Shown piece by piece: positions 9,262 through 19,678 of a stretch of 64,000 nt of DNA. Each line of letters opens with the position of its first letter. The first letter of the stretch is position 1. Origin of the DNA: Desulfosudaceae bacterium. GTDB lineage: Bacteria > Desulfobacterota > Desulfobacteria > Desulfobacterales > Desulfosudaceae. A program made the translations under genes and the position numbers. The stretch covers positions 1,056,001 to 1,120,000 of the forward strand of contig CAXXDV010000001.1 of NCBI GenBank assembly GCA_963674745.2, in the 5' to 3' direction. Below the pieces are notes generated by a model. That model worked only from the letters and a program-made list of their open reading frames with translations, did no database searches and had not been told where the DNA came from.

Positions 9262-9290
9262 TTGACTTAAGGCTGGTTTCAGGTTATATT
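9262..9290 (+). promoter_or_regulatory. sigma70-type promoter of lpxC cluster
   Basis: TTGACT-N17-TATATT. Confidence 0.6.
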
Positions 9291-9348
9291 ACCCATCAAT
9301 TATTAACGACCAGATGTCGAGCAATCGACTTTTATATAAGGCTTACAT

Positions 9349-10278
9349 ATGCATCATCACCAGCGAACTGTCGCCGGAGAAGCCACCTGTTCCGGAACGG
9401 GTGTTCACTCGGGAAGAACAGTCAACCTGACGATCAAACCCGCGCCGCCCAATCACGGCATTAAATTTATCCGGACCGACCTGACCAACGCCCCCTGCAT
9501 CCCGGCCCTGTTTAAGATGGTGACCGACACGACCTCGGCCACGGTGCTCGGTATTGACGGCGTGATTGTGTCGACCGTGGAACATCTGCTGGCCACACTG
9601 GCCGGTCTCTCCATCGATAACGCCCTGATCGAAATAGACGCCTATGAAATCCCCATCCTGGACGGCAGTGCCTTTTCTTTTGTCGACCTGATCAACCGGG
9701 TCGGTATAAAACAGCAGGAAGCGCAAAGATGTTTTTTTATCATCAAAAAACCGGTTGCCCTGGAAGAAAACGGCAAGTCCGCCGCCATTTACCCTGACGA
9801 TGCGTTCAGGATTTCATATTCCATTGAGTACGACAATGAGCTGATCGGCAAACAGGAATACTCCCTTGAAATTAATGAAGACTCGTTTGGAAAAGAGATC
9901 AGCCGCGCCCGCACTTTCGGTTTTTACAATGAGTATCAAATGCTTAAAAGTTACGGGTTGGCCCGGGGGGGATCGCTGGATAACGCCGTGGTCATTGACG
10001 GTGAGGCCATTTTAAACAAGGACGGCCTGCGCTACCCGGACGAATTTGTCCGGCATAAAATATTGGATTGTGTTGGTGATTTTTCCCTTTTGGGAATGCC
10101 TGTAATGGGGCATATCGTTGCCAGCAAGTCCGGCCACCTGTTCAACCATAAGCTTTTGAAAAAACTTTTTGCCAGCCGGGACTGCTGGGAAACCGCTTTT
10201 CCAGCGCCACCTGCGTCAAAGCCCCCCATGCAGGACGAGGACCGTTCCACCCGCCCCCTGAAAAGCCTTGCCTTTTAA
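9349..10278 (+). CDS. lpxC: UDP-3-O-acyl-N-acetylglucosamine deacetylase
   Basis: QRTV..GTGVHSG, TVEHLLA, EIPILDGSA, ISRARTFGF, GGSLDNA, EFVRHKILD. Confidence 0.97.
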   Translation: MHHHQRTVAGEATCSGTGVHSGRTVNLTIKPAPPNHGIKFIRTDLTNAPCIPALFKMVTDTTSATVLGIDGVIVSTVEHLLATLAGLSIDNALIEIDAYEIPILDGSAFSFVDLINRVGIKQQEAQRCFFIIKKPVALEENGKSAAIYPDDAFRISYSIEYDNELIGKQEYSLEINEDSFGKEISRARTFGFYNEYQMLKSYGLARGGSLDNAVVIDGEAILNKDGLRYPDEFVRHKILDCVGDFSLLGMPVMGHIVASKSGHLFNHKLLKKLFASRDCWETAFPAPPASKPPMQDEDRSTRPLKSLAF

Positions 10279-10337
10279 CGGTTGTTCATCGTAGAGTAGG
10301 AGCAACCTATTGAATTTTAAAGACATGGGACAATATT

Positions 10338-10937
10338 ATGTGCGCTGACACCTGTGCCGATAAAAGCGTCCGGATGACTTGCCTGGTACTTTGCCTGTTT
10401 ATGATGACAGGCACCATCGGGTTCGCACAGGAAACGACCTTGTCTGACATTGCCATTGACTTTACCAAAACCAAAATCCTTTTTTCCACCTCCATTCAAA
10501 ACGCCTTTAATGAAAAAATGGAAGATGCCGCCAAGAACGGCATCCCCGTCACCTTCTCATTTATCATTATCCTGGACGAATCCCGCGAAATGTGGCCGGA
10601 CAAGGAAATTTCCGAGAAACAGGCCACCCATACGCTGACATATGACCCGCTGACGGGGAAATATCTGGTAACCCGATCCTGGGAAAAAAAGAACCCTTTC
10701 ATCACGGCTTCGTTTGAAGAGGCCTGTGATCGCATGTGCAAAATTGAAGACATGCGACTTACACGCTTAAAAAAGCTGAACAAAGGGGACACCTATGTTG
10801 TCAGAGCAAAGGCCAAGCTGGAAAAAATCAGCCTGCCCCTTTACCTCGATTATGTCCTGTTTTTTGTTTCTTTCTGGGATGTCGAAACCGACTGGCAGGA
10901 AAAGTCTTTTACATATAAACCCGATCAGCATAAATAG
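10338..10937 (+). CDS. DUF4390-family exported protein
   Basis: Signal peptide; GIPVTFSF, LTYDPLT, LFFVSFWDVETDW; position directly upstream of ntrY/ntrX-like genes; exact start uncertain. Confidence 0.75.
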   Translation: MCADTCADKSVRMTCLVLCLFMMTGTIGFAQETTLSDIAIDFTKTKILFSTSIQNAFNEKMEDAAKNGIPVTFSFIIILDESREMWPDKEISEKQATHTLTYDPLTGKYLVTRSWEKKNPFITASFEEACDRMCKIEDMRLTRLKKLNKGDTYVVRAKAKLEKISLPLYLDYVLFFVSFWDVETDWQEKSFTYKPDQHK

Positions 10938-10973
10938 CCCGTTATTTTAAGGGGCCAACCGGCTGCAAGCAAA

Positions 10974-13223
10974 ATGACCAACCGTGTAATAAGAGCGCTG
11001 ACCAATTTTTTGTCGGGTCTGTCCGAAGAGGAAAGAAGGCGGAGAAAAAGAGAAGCCATTATCATCTTTGTCCTGATTGTGGTTGTCACGATACTAACGT
11101 TTACGGAAACCCGCCTGATCCAGTTTGGAACCGATATCCCGGTTTCAAACACCATCCTGATGTTTATCCTGATCAACATCAATCTGCTGCTGCTGATTCT
11201 ACTCATTTTTCTGGTGTTCAGAAACCTGGTCAAACTTTTTTACGACCGTAAACAGAACGTCATGGGCGCCCGGCTGCGGACCCGCCTGGTTGTGGCCTTT
11301 ATTTCACTTACACTGGTACCGGCCATTGTGCTGTTTGTCTTCGCCATCGGTTTTATCAGCACCAGCATCAAGTTCTGGTTTAACGTACCCGTGGACCAGG
11401 CCCTGGCCCATTCCCTGAAAGTCGGCAAAAGCATTTACCATCACCTTGAAGACAACAACCAGTTCTTTCTGGAAAGAGCCGCCTATCAAATCAACAAACA
11501 GAACCTGTTACGGGAATATCGCCGAAACGAACTGAACCGCTATATACAAGTCGTGCAGCGGGAATTTAACCTGGATGCGGTTGAGGTTTACTCAACAAAA
11601 GGAGACAGGCTGGTTTACGCCGTATCCCGGGAGCTGGAAGAAAATCCGATTGCCGTGATACCGCTCCAGACCCTTCAGCGGGGTGCACCGGATGAGGCCC
11701 ACCTTGTTTCCCTCTCCCGCCATACCGCGGCCGGCGAGCTGGTTTCGTCCATATCCTCCCTTCCCTTTGGTGCCGAACGAAAGGACGCGGAAGCCCTGCT
11801 GGCCATTTCCCTTCTACTGCCCCCCGGGCTGTCTTCCGACCTGACCGCCATTTCCAGGGGATATAAAGAGTATCATCAGATCAAACTGCTCCAGGAACCC
11901 ATTCAGGTCTCTTACCTTATTTCGTTGACGATTGTCGGCCTGCTGGTTGTGTTCTGTGCTGTCTGGTTCGGTTTTTTTATCGCCAAATCCCTGACAACTC
12001 CGATTATGGAGCTGGCCAGGGGGTTGCAGAAAGTTGCTGCCGGCGACCTGAACTATACCATTGAACGGTTGGCCGACGATGAAATCGGCGAACTGGTAAG
12101 TTCTTTTAACAAAATGACCAACGACCTCCGCACCGGTCGAAACCAGATAGAAGCATCGACTGCCATGCTGGCCCGGCAAAAAGATGAAATAGAAGCCCGC
12201 CGGCTTTACATGGAAACCGTATTGGACAACATTTCTACCGGGGTTATTTCGTTAAACGCCAACGGTGCCATTACGACGACCAACAAGTCCGCTGAAAAGA
12301 TGTTGTCCCTTCCCCAGGCCGGTATTTTAAACCGGCACTTTGCCAATGTATTAAGCGGTCGTTACCTGCAAATGGCCAGAGAATGTGTTGAGCGAATAAC
12401 GGAAAAAGGGGAAAATGCGATTGTTTTTCCCATGCGGCTGACCATCGGCGGTCAGACCCGGAGCTTCATGATGCATTTAACCGCCCTCAGGCATGAAAAA
12501 GCCAATCAGTATATGGGTATGGTCCTGGTGGTCGATGACCTGACGGAACTGGAAAGGGCTCAGCGAATGGCTGCCTGGCGGGAAGTGGCGCGACGTATTG
12601 CCCATGAGGTCAAAAACCCGCTGACGCCCATCTCCCTTTCCGCCCAGCGATTAAAAAGAAGATTCTCCGATGTCGCCAACGACCGGATTTTTGACGAATG
12701 TATCCGGACCATACTGGACTACGTGGACATTATCCGCAACCTGGTTAATGAGTTTTCAGCTTATGCCAAGTTCCCTACCGCCAAACCCGGTCCCTGCGAC
12801 CTGCTGACGTTGATCCGGGAAACAACGGATCTTTACGCGGAAGAAGGGGGTGCCTTAACGTTTACGATTAACACGCCCGAGTCCGCCCCCCCGGTCAACC
12901 TGGATCGCGGGCAGATGAAACAGGCATTGATTAATCTGATTGACAATGCTATTGCTGCCATGAAAGGTTCCGGCGAAATCATTATCACGGTAACCTATGA
13001 AAACCTGGCAAGGCTGGTACGCATTGAGTTCGCCGATACCGGTGAAGGCATTCCCGACGAGGAAAAAGTCAACATGTTTGAGCCTTATTTTTCTACCAAA
13101 AAAACCGGTATGGGATTGGGGCTGGCCATTGTCAATTCAATAATAACAGATCACGGCGGCAAGATAAGCGTTCATGACCATTATCCCGTGGGGACCCGGT
13201 TCATCATTGAGCTGCCGATGTGA
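10974..13223 (+). CDS. ntrY: NtrY-like HAMP/PAS sensor histidine kinase
   Basis: Multiple TMs, GARLRTRLV, HAMP DEIGELVSSFNKMT, AWREVARRIAHEVKNPLTPI, GMGLGLAIV. Confidence 0.88.
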   Translation: MTNRVIRALTNFLSGLSEEERRRRKREAIIIFVLIVVVTILTFTETRLIQFGTDIPVSNTILMFILININLLLLILLIFLVFRNLVKLFYDRKQNVMGARLRTRLVVAFISLTLVPAIVLFVFAIGFISTSIKFWFNVPVDQALAHSLKVGKSIYHHLEDNNQFFLERAAYQINKQNLLREYRRNELNRYIQVVQREFNLDAVEVYSTKGDRLVYAVSRELEENPIAVIPLQTLQRGAPDEAHLVSLSRHTAAGELVSSISSLPFGAERKDAEALLAISLLLPPGLSSDLTAISRGYKEYHQIKLLQEPIQVSYLISLTIVGLLVVFCAVWFGFFIAKSLTTPIMELARGLQKVAAGDLNYTIERLADDEIGELVSSFNKMTNDLRTGRNQIEASTAMLARQKDEIEARRLYMETVLDNISTGVISLNANGAITTTNKSAEKMLSLPQAGILNRHFANVLSGRYLQMARECVERITEKGENAIVFPMRLTIGGQTRSFMMHLTALRHEKANQYMGMVLVVDDLTELERAQRMAAWREVARRIAHEVKNPLTPISLSAQRLKRRFSDVANDRIFDECIRTILDYVDIIRNLVNEFSAYAKFPTAKPGPCDLLTLIRETTDLYAEEGGALTFTINTPESAPPVNLDRGQMKQALINLIDNAIAAMKGSGEIIITVTYENLARLVRIEFADTGEGIPDEEKVNMFEPYFSTKKTGMGLGLAIVNSIITDHGGKISVHDHYPVGTRFIIELPM

Positions 13224-13261
13224 CCTCTTGATTGTCAAGGAACCAGAACACAGGAATAACC

Positions 13262-14626
13262 ATGTTTCCAACCGTACTAATCGTTGACGATGAGCCTTCT
13301 ATCCTGCAGCCGTTTGAGGGGTTGCTGTCAGATGAAGGCTTCAAAGTACTGACCGCTTCAAACGGCTATGAAGCCTTGAAAATCGTAGAACAGGATCCAC
13401 CGGATATCGTCCTTCTGGATATCTGGATGCCCGGCATTGACGGTATTGAAACACTGAAGGAAATCCGGGCAACCAACCCCCATATCCCGGTTATTATGGT
13501 CACAGGACACGGCACCATTGAAACAGCCGTAAACGCCACCAAAATCGGTGCATTTGATTTTATTGAAAAACCGCTCTCGATTGACAAGGTCATCGTGGAG
13601 ATCAACAATGCCCTGAATTTCAGGCGGCTGGAAGAAGAAAACCGTTATTTAAGAACAAAGGCTTTAAAAGAAAACGCCATAGACGGTAACAGCCCGGCCA
13701 TCAATGACTTGAGGAAACAGATCGCCGCGGCGGCGCCGACGGATGCCTGGATCCTGATTAGCGGTGAAAATGGTGTCGGCAAGGAGATGGCGGCCAAAAT
13801 GATCCACCTCTTGAGCCCCAGAGCCGAAGAACAGTTTGTCGACATCAACTGCGCCGCCATACCGGACAACCTGATTGAAAAAGACCTGTTCGGCCAGGAA
13901 AAAAGCGCCTCGGACAAATCCGCCACCAAGTCAACGGGAAAAATCGAGCTGGCCAATAACGGCACCCTTTTTCTGGATGAAATCGCCGACATGAACTTAA
14001 ACACCCAGGCCAAACTCATGCGCGCCCTTCAGGAACAGCAGGTCCAGCGTATCGGCAGCAGCCGGGTGCTGTCCGTCAATGTCAGGGTCATCGCCGCGAC
14101 CAACAAAAACCTGGAAGCGGAAATAAAAAGCGGCCGTTTCCGTGAAGACCTGTACTACCGGCTCAATGTTATTCCCCTGGAAGTCCCCCCCCTGAGAAAC
14201 CGCACCGAAGACATTCCGACGCTGACCCGTATTTTTCTGGAAAAATACGCCGGGCAGAACATCACCAAGCCCAAAGAACTGACAGACAAGGCCATAGAGA
14301 TGCTTTGCCGTTACAGGTGGCCGGGTAATGTCCGGGAGCTTAAGAATCTTGTTGAACGGTTGACCATCATGACCGAAGCCGATGTCATCGATGCGGCTGA
14401 CCTTCCGGCCCCCTATAATCCTGAAAACGCCATTAAGATTGAATCAGCCGCAAGCACTTTCTTTTCTTTTGATACACTCAAACTGGCCAGAAATGCTTTT
14501 GAGCGCGAGTATGTTAAAGTCAAACTGAAAGAGAACGACCGCAATATCACTAAAACCGCCGAAGCCATCGGCGTGGGCAGGAGCTTTATCCGTCAGAAAA
14601 TCAAAGAGATGGATCAGCAAGAATGA
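13262..14626 (+). CDS. ntrX: NtrX-like response regulator (REC-AAA+-HTH) with degenerate GAFTGA loop
   Basis: LIVDDE, LLDIWMPG, GENGVGKE, GTLFLDEI, FREDLYYRLNV, WPGNVREL; start at ATG 13262. Confidence 0.88.
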   Translation: MFPTVLIVDDEPSILQPFEGLLSDEGFKVLTASNGYEALKIVEQDPPDIVLLDIWMPGIDGIETLKEIRATNPHIPVIMVTGHGTIETAVNATKIGAFDFIEKPLSIDKVIVEINNALNFRRLEEENRYLRTKALKENAIDGNSPAINDLRKQIAAAAPTDAWILISGENGVGKEMAAKMIHLLSPRAEEQFVDINCAAIPDNLIEKDLFGQEKSASDKSATKSTGKIELANNGTLFLDEIADMNLNTQAKLMRALQEQQVQRIGSSRVLSVNVRVIAATNKNLEAEIKSGRFREDLYYRLNVIPLEVPPLRNRTEDIPTLTRIFLEKYAGQNITKPKELTDKAIEMLCRYRWPGNVRELKNLVERLTIMTEADVIDAADLPAPYNPENAIKIESAASTFFSFDTLKLARNAFEREYVKVKLKENDRNITKTAEAIGVGRSFIRQKIKEMDQQE

Positions 14627-15186
14627 AGCTCAGGGTCATTGGCGGCAGATTAAAGGGCAAGCCGCTGGCCACCCCAAAGGGGCTGGACGTACGACCGACG
14701 GCCGGCCGCGTTCGAGAAGCCATATTCAACATTCTTTTTTCCCGTGTACAGAATGCAGTCGTACTTGATCTTTTTGCCGGCACCGGTGCTTTCGGCATTG
14801 AAGCGCTCAGCCGGGGTGCGTCACAGGCTGTTTTTATCGACAACAGCCCGGCATCACTGGCCGTCCTCAAAAAGAATATTCAGGCCTGCGGACTGGAGGC
14901 GGTTGCAGAAATTCGCCGCTATGACGCGGCCCGGCAATTGTTCGGTCTGACCGAATTCAAGCTGGCGTTTGACATTGTATTCATGGACCCGCCTTATAAC
15001 CGGAATGCTGTGGACGCTGCACTGACCGGGCTTGTCCAGGCCGACCTTTTAAAACAGGGGGCGCTGGTTGTTGCTGAACATGCACTGACCGAATCTGTAA
15101 CCGGTGCTGACCGCGCTTTCTTTTTGAAAGATCAACGCAAATATGGCAGAACGCTTGTTTCTTTTTTGGAATTTATGATAGATTAA
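14623..15186 (+). CDS. rsmD: 16S rRNA m2G966 methyltransferase
   Basis: LRVIGG, VRPT..RVREAIFNIL, LDLFAGTGA, DPPY, RKYGRT. Confidence 0.93.
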   Translation: MKLRVIGGRLKGKPLATPKGLDVRPTAGRVREAIFNILFSRVQNAVVLDLFAGTGAFGIEALSRGASQAVFIDNSPASLAVLKKNIQACGLEAVAEIRRYDAARQLFGLTEFKLAFDIVFMDPPYNRNAVDAALTGLVQADLLKQGALVVAEHALTESVTGADRAFFLKDQRKYGRTLVSFLEFMID

Positions 15187-15225
15187 TTAAATTACTTTTT
15201 ACAAAACCATCAAAGGAGCATCCTT

Positions 15226-15711
15226 ATGAAAACGGCTGTTTATCCGGGTTCTTTTGATCCCATCACCAACGGTCATCTGGATATTGTCAAAAGAGGTCTT
15301 GGTATCTTTGACAGGATTATTGTGGCCGTACTTCATAACCCAACCAAAAAATCCCTTTTTTCCGTCGCCGAACGCATCGAAATGATTGAACAGAGCCTGG
15401 CTGACCTGCCCGGGGCCTCGGCGGATTCCTTTGACGGGTTACTGATTGATTATGCCGCGCAGAAAAAAGCGGCGGCCGTGCTTCGCGGCCTCCGGGCGGT
15501 TTCGGATTTTGATTACGAGTTCCAACTGGCCTTGATGAACCGCCGGCTGAACCGGGACGTTCAAACCATATTCCTGATGACCGGTCTGCGGTGGATTTTT
15601 ACCAGCTCTTCTATTATAAAAGAAGCGGCTTCTTTCGGGGGTGATGTTTCCGGAATGGTACCGCCCATTGTGGAGCAGCAACTGAAGAAAAAAATGGCGG
15701 AAATCCGCTGA
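15226..15711 (+). CDS. coaD: Phosphopantetheine adenylyltransferase
   Basis: AVYPGSFDPITNGHLDI, RGLRAVSDFDYEFQ. Confidence 0.97.
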   Translation: MKTAVYPGSFDPITNGHLDIVKRGLGIFDRIIVAVLHNPTKKSLFSVAERIEMIEQSLADLPGASADSFDGLLIDYAAQKKAAAVLRGLRAVSDFDYEFQLALMNRRLNRDVQTIFLMTGLRWIFTSSSIIKEAASFGGDVSGMVPPIVEQQLKKKMAEIR

Positions 15712-15731
15712 AAGCGGATTGGATGAGCCTT

Positions 15732-16400
15732 TTATGATGTCTTGGTGGGCCAGCCCTGTTCGCCGATCAGTTTGACAAAACGACATCCACCAAGGTCACT
15801 CATTCGCACTCGCCCGCTGGCGTCCTTGATCAGCTTGATCAGTTTCTGCGAGGACTCACTCCCGACGGGCGCGACCATCCGCCCTCCCGGCGCCAGTTGA
15901 TCCACCAGGGCGGGGGGTATGGCCGGAGCACCGGCGGTAACGATGATGGCGTCAAACGGACTTTCGTCCATCCACCCGGTGGTGCCGTCCGAATACCGGG
16001 TGACGATATTATAATATTTCAGACGATCAAAAAGGGCCCGGGCTTTAAGAAACAGGGAATGCTTCCGTTCAATGGTATACACCCGGGAAGCGATCTGAGC
16101 GACAATCGCCGCCTGGTAACCCGATCCGGTGCCGATTTCAAGGACACGGTCATCTTCGTCAAGCCTCAGGGCCTGGGTCATTTCCGCTACGATGTATGGC
16201 TGGGATATGGTCTGCTGCTCGCCTATGGGCAGGGGAAAATCACCATAAGCCTGGGTCCGCAAGGCCGGATCAACAAACAGGTGCCTGGGAACCCGGCCCA
16301 TGGCTTCCAGCACACGGACATCGGTTATGCCCCGGGCCACCAGCTGATTATTAATCATCCTTTCCCGGTGACCGTTGTATTTGATATCCTCTTTACCCAT
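15732..16400 (-). CDS. pcm: Protein-L-isoaspartate O-methyltransferase
   Basis: VPRHLFV, QTISQPYIVA, VLEIGTGSGYQAA, PFDAIIVTAG. Confidence 0.95.
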   Translation of the reverse strand: MGKEDIKYNGHRERMINNQLVARGITDVRVLEAMGRVPRHLFVDPALRTQAYGDFPLPIGEQQTISQPYIVAEMTQALRLDEDDRVLEIGTGSGYQAAIVAQIASRVYTIERKHSLFLKARALFDRLKYYNIVTRYSDGTTGWMDESPFDAIIVTAGAPAIPPALVDQLAPGGRMVAPVGSESSQKLIKLIKDASGRVRMSDLGGCRFVKLIGEQGWPTKTS

Positions 16401-16539
16401 AAAAAAGGTTTATAAACAATTCACGAGGCATCCGTCAAGCGCAAAAAACCGCTTGAATTGTTTATAAATACCGATTAAGTTGGGTTTTCGGGACGACAGG
16501 TTGACGGTTTTAATTAAATAACAGCAGAATAAACTGATC

Positions 16540-17583
16540 ATGTCATATCTGATCGACAGTCATTCTAAAAGTATCCGCACATTTATCCGTTTGCTCTTCA
16601 TTCTGATTGTGGTCATGGGTATGGGCACCCTGGGCTATATGATGATTGAAAAGTGGTCTTTTCTGGAATCCTTTTACATGACGCTGATCACCATCACCAC
16701 CGTTGGATTCAGTGAGGTTCATCATCTTAGCGCGAACGGAAAAATATTTACCTCATTATTGATTTTTGTCGGGGTGGGGTTTTTTCTATATGTAACGGGA
16801 TATCTTGTACAGTTTGTGGTGGAAGGCAGAATCCGGGAAATTATGGGGAGGCGGAAATTGAACAAAAAAATCAAACGATTAAAGCATCACTACATTGTCT
16901 GCGGCTATGGCCGGATTGGACGGGTACTGGTTACCAATCTTAAAAACCATCCCATCGACATTGTTGTGGTCGAAAAAAACCCGGAACTCCTGGCCACCAT
17001 GGAAGAAGACGGCGTTCTCTATATTTCAGGCAATGCCACTGATGAGCAGGTATTGCTCGAAGCCGGTATTGAGCATGCCAGGACGCTGGTGGCCGTTCTG
17101 GCGACAGACACGGAAAATGTTTTTTTGACACTTACCGCCAGGCAGCTGAACCCCCAACTGTACATCATGGCCCGGGCGAGTGAGGAAGCCGTCAAGAAAA
17201 AACTGCTGGCAGCCGGGGCCGACAAGGTGGAGTCTCCCTACGACATTGGTGCCGTCAGCATGGCCATGCGGGTCATGCGCCCGACGGTAACGAGTTTCCT
17301 TGATCTTGTCCTTACCAGAAAAAACAAGAACATTGAAATGGAAGAGATACCGGTGGCCGCTTCGTCGGTCATCTGCGGCAAGACATTGCTGGAGTCCAAA
17401 ATCCGCCAGAAATTCAATATCATTATTATCGCCATCAAAAAACCCGATGAATCCATGATTTTCAATCCTGCTTCAGAAAAAGTAATCCGGGAGGGAGATA
17501 CCATGATTGTTGTCGGCGATACAGAGAACCTGTCCGCGTTCAGCAAGACACTGATGAACGACCCGCTCGGGGCGCGGGGATAA
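16540..17583 (+). CDS. Two-TM potassium channel with RCK (TrkA-N/TrkA-C) domains
   Basis: Pore helix TITTVGFSEV, Rossmann HYIVCGYGRIG, C-terminal IIAIKK..FNP TrkA-C. Confidence 0.9.
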   Translation: MSYLIDSHSKSIRTFIRLLFILIVVMGMGTLGYMMIEKWSFLESFYMTLITITTVGFSEVHHLSANGKIFTSLLIFVGVGFFLYVTGYLVQFVVEGRIREIMGRRKLNKKIKRLKHHYIVCGYGRIGRVLVTNLKNHPIDIVVVEKNPELLATMEEDGVLYISGNATDEQVLLEAGIEHARTLVAVLATDTENVFLTLTARQLNPQLYIMARASEEAVKKKLLAAGADKVESPYDIGAVSMAMRVMRPTVTSFLDLVLTRKNKNIEMEEIPVAASSVICGKTLLESKIRQKFNIIIIAIKKPDESMIFNPASEKVIREGDTMIVVGDTENLSAFSKTLMNDPLGARG

Positions 17584-17589
17584 CAAAAA

Positions 17590-17615
17590 AGGGTTCAAGG
17601 ATTCAAGGGGTCGAG
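17590..17615. repeat. Octamer tandem repeat, single arm
   Basis: AGGGTTCA AGGATTCA AGGGGTCG AG; same units as at 44338 and 58167; lies between convergent stops. Confidence 0.75.
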
Positions 17616-18203
17616 TCAGATCTTATAGATCGTCCGTTTTTCCGTGATAATAATATCCACATACCGGTCGATTGACCCTTTTGGCACCTGCTGAATAATC
17701 TGGTCTTCAAAAGCCAAAGAAACCTTGCGGGTCGTCGCCGGCAGACGGGGAATCAGCTTGTCGTATATCCCGCTGCCCAACCCTATCCGGGCACCCTTTT
17801 CATCAAACACCAGACCCGGCACAAGGGCGATTTCGATACTATCCACCGGAACCATACGGCACCGGGTGGGATCAGGCATCACTTCCCGATCCGCCGTAAG
17901 CATCATATCGGTTTCCGGATTGTCCACCTTAAGCAGCAAGGTCTTTTTGCTTTTGGCGTCATAATAAGGAACCACCACAATTTTATTAAAATGATAACAG
18001 TGCCTGATAACCTGGTCCGTATTCACCTCGCCGGATCTGCTGGTATAAAGCAAAACAACATGTGCTTCTATAAAATTGGCAAACTCCAGCAACCGTTTCT
18101 CAATCTGCCTGCTTTTGGTAGACACCTCATCCTTGGAAAAGGATTCCAGTTTTTTGGCAACATCATTGCGGATTTCTTTTTTGATTTCTTTCACGTCATC
18201 CAT
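17616..18203 (-). CDS. 5-formyltetrahydrofolate cyclo-ligase
   Basis: KKEIR N-terminus, EVNT, LVPGLVFDEKGARIGLGSGIYDKLI, DIIITE. Confidence 0.88.
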   Translation of the reverse strand: MDDVKEIKKEIRNDVAKKLESFSKDEVSTKSRQIEKRLLEFANFIEAHVVLLYTSRSGEVNTDQVIRHCYHFNKIVVVPYYDAKSKKTLLLKVDNPETDMMLTADREVMPDPTRCRMVPVDSIEIALVPGLVFDEKGARIGLGSGIYDKLIPRLPATTRKVSLAFEDQIIQQVPKGSIDRYVDIIITEKRTIYKI

Positions 18204-18261
18204 GGATTAACCTCAAAACCACATTTACATGTAAAGAGTATTTTTTATGTTAAACCAAATT

Positions 18262-18290
18262 TTTATATCGCAAAAAAAGAATAAAGTCAA
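18262..18290 (-). promoter_or_regulatory. sigma70-type promoter of cyclo-ligase gene (divergent from serS)
   Basis: Minus strand TTGACT-N17-TATAAA. Confidence 0.55.
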
Positions 18291-18400
18291 GCTGATAATA
18301 ATATGTTGACTCTATAAAATTGATAATGTTATATAATGATCACGATATGCCCACTGTTCAAGGGATTACCCGAATTTTAGCGAAAAATTAATCAAAGACC

Positions 18401-19678
18401 ATGCTCGATTTAAAATTTATCAGACATAACCCGGATACGGTTAAAACGGCTTTGCAAAACCGGAATGAAGACCCTGCCGTTATAGACGATTTTCACAAAT
18501 TTGACGAAATTCGTCGCGATTTACTGGCCACAACAGAAGAATTGCGGCACCGGAGAAACGTCGCTTCGGACGCCATCGCCCGGCTGAAAAAAAGCGGGCA
18601 GGACGCTACCGCCGAAATCAGCGAAATGCGTGATGTGGCATCCAGGATAAAAGAAATTGACGTGTCACTCTCTGAGAACGAACAGGCCATCGGCGAACTG
18701 TTGCTGAAGCTACCCAACATTCCCCATGACTCCGTCCCCATCGGCGGCGATGAGGCGGACAACCCGGTCAAAAAGCTGGAAGGCCGGCCCCCTGAATTTG
18801 ACTTTACCCCGCAGGCGCACTGGGACATTGGTGAATCGCTGGGTATTCTTGATCTTAAGAGAGCCGCCAAAATCGCCGGCGCCCGGTTTCCCTTGTTGAC
18901 CGGAAAAGGCGCGCTGATGGAAAGAGCGCTTATCAACTTCATGCTGGACACACACACACAAGACCATGGCTACCGGGAATGCCTGCCGCCGTTTATGGTC
19001 AACCGGAAAACAATGACCGGCACGGGACAACTGCCGAAGTTTGAAGAAGACCTGTTCAAGATTGAAGACTGGGACTACTATCTCATCCCCACGGCAGAAG
19101 TGCCGGTGACCAATATTTACCAGGATGAAATTTTATCTGAAAAAGACCTGCCGCTCAAGTATGCGGCCTTTACTCCCTGCTTCCGTTCTGAAGCCGGCTC
19201 CCATGGAAAGGACACCCGGGGCCTGATCCGCCAGCATCAATTTAACAAGGTGGAGCTGGTCAAGTTTGTACTGCCCGAAAATTCCTATCAGGAGCTGGAA
19301 ACGCTTCTGGCCGATGCTGAAACGATCTTACAACGCCTGGGGCTGGCCTACCGGGTGATCACCCTCTGTTCCGGAGACCTGGGTTTTTCGGCGGCCAAGA
19401 CCTATGATCTGGAAGTCTGGTTCCCGGCCCAGCAGAAATACAGGGAAATATCTTCCTGCAGTAATTTTGAGTCTTTCCAGGCCAGAAGAGCCAACATCCG
19501 CTTCAAACGGGACGGTCAAAAAGGAACCGAATTCGTTCACACCCTTAATGGTTCCGGTCTGGCCGTCGGCAGAACCCTGGCGTCGCTGCTGGAAAACTAC
19601 CAGAACCGGGACGGTTCTGTCTCTGTTCCGGAAGCCCTGCGGCCTTATATGAACCACCTGGAAACCATATCATTATGA
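18401..19678 (+). CDS. serS: Seryl-tRNA synthetase
   Basis: [58 protein letters not shown]. Confidence 0.98.
   Translation: MLDLKFIRHNPDTVKTALQNRNEDPAVIDDFHKFDEIRRDLLATTEELRHRRNVASDAIARLKKSGQDATAEISEMRDVASRIKEIDVSLSENEQAIGELLLKLPNIPHDSVPIGGDEADNPVKKLEGRPPEFDFTPQAHWDIGESLGILDLKRAAKIAGARFPLLTGKGALMERALINFMLDTHTQDHGYRECLPPFMVNRKTMTGTGQLPKFEEDLFKIEDWDYYLIPTAEVPVTNIYQDEILSEKDLPLKYAAFTPCFRSEAGSHGKDTRGLIRQHQFNKVELVKFVLPENSYQELETLLADAETILQRLGLAYRVITLCSGDLGFSAAKTYDLEVWFPAQQKYREISSCSNFESFQARRANIRFKRDGQKGTEFVHTLNGSGLAVGRTLASLLENYQNRDGSVSVPEALRPYMNHLETISL

Noticed and set aside
16690..16720. Non-canonical K+ filter TVGFS
   Set aside because: Common variant in prokaryotic RCK-containing channels
18204..18400. 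6S RNA upstream of 5-formyl-THF cyclo-ligase
   Set aside because: Spacer is AT-rich with divergent promoters and leaves only ~55 nt of leader; no long rod structure
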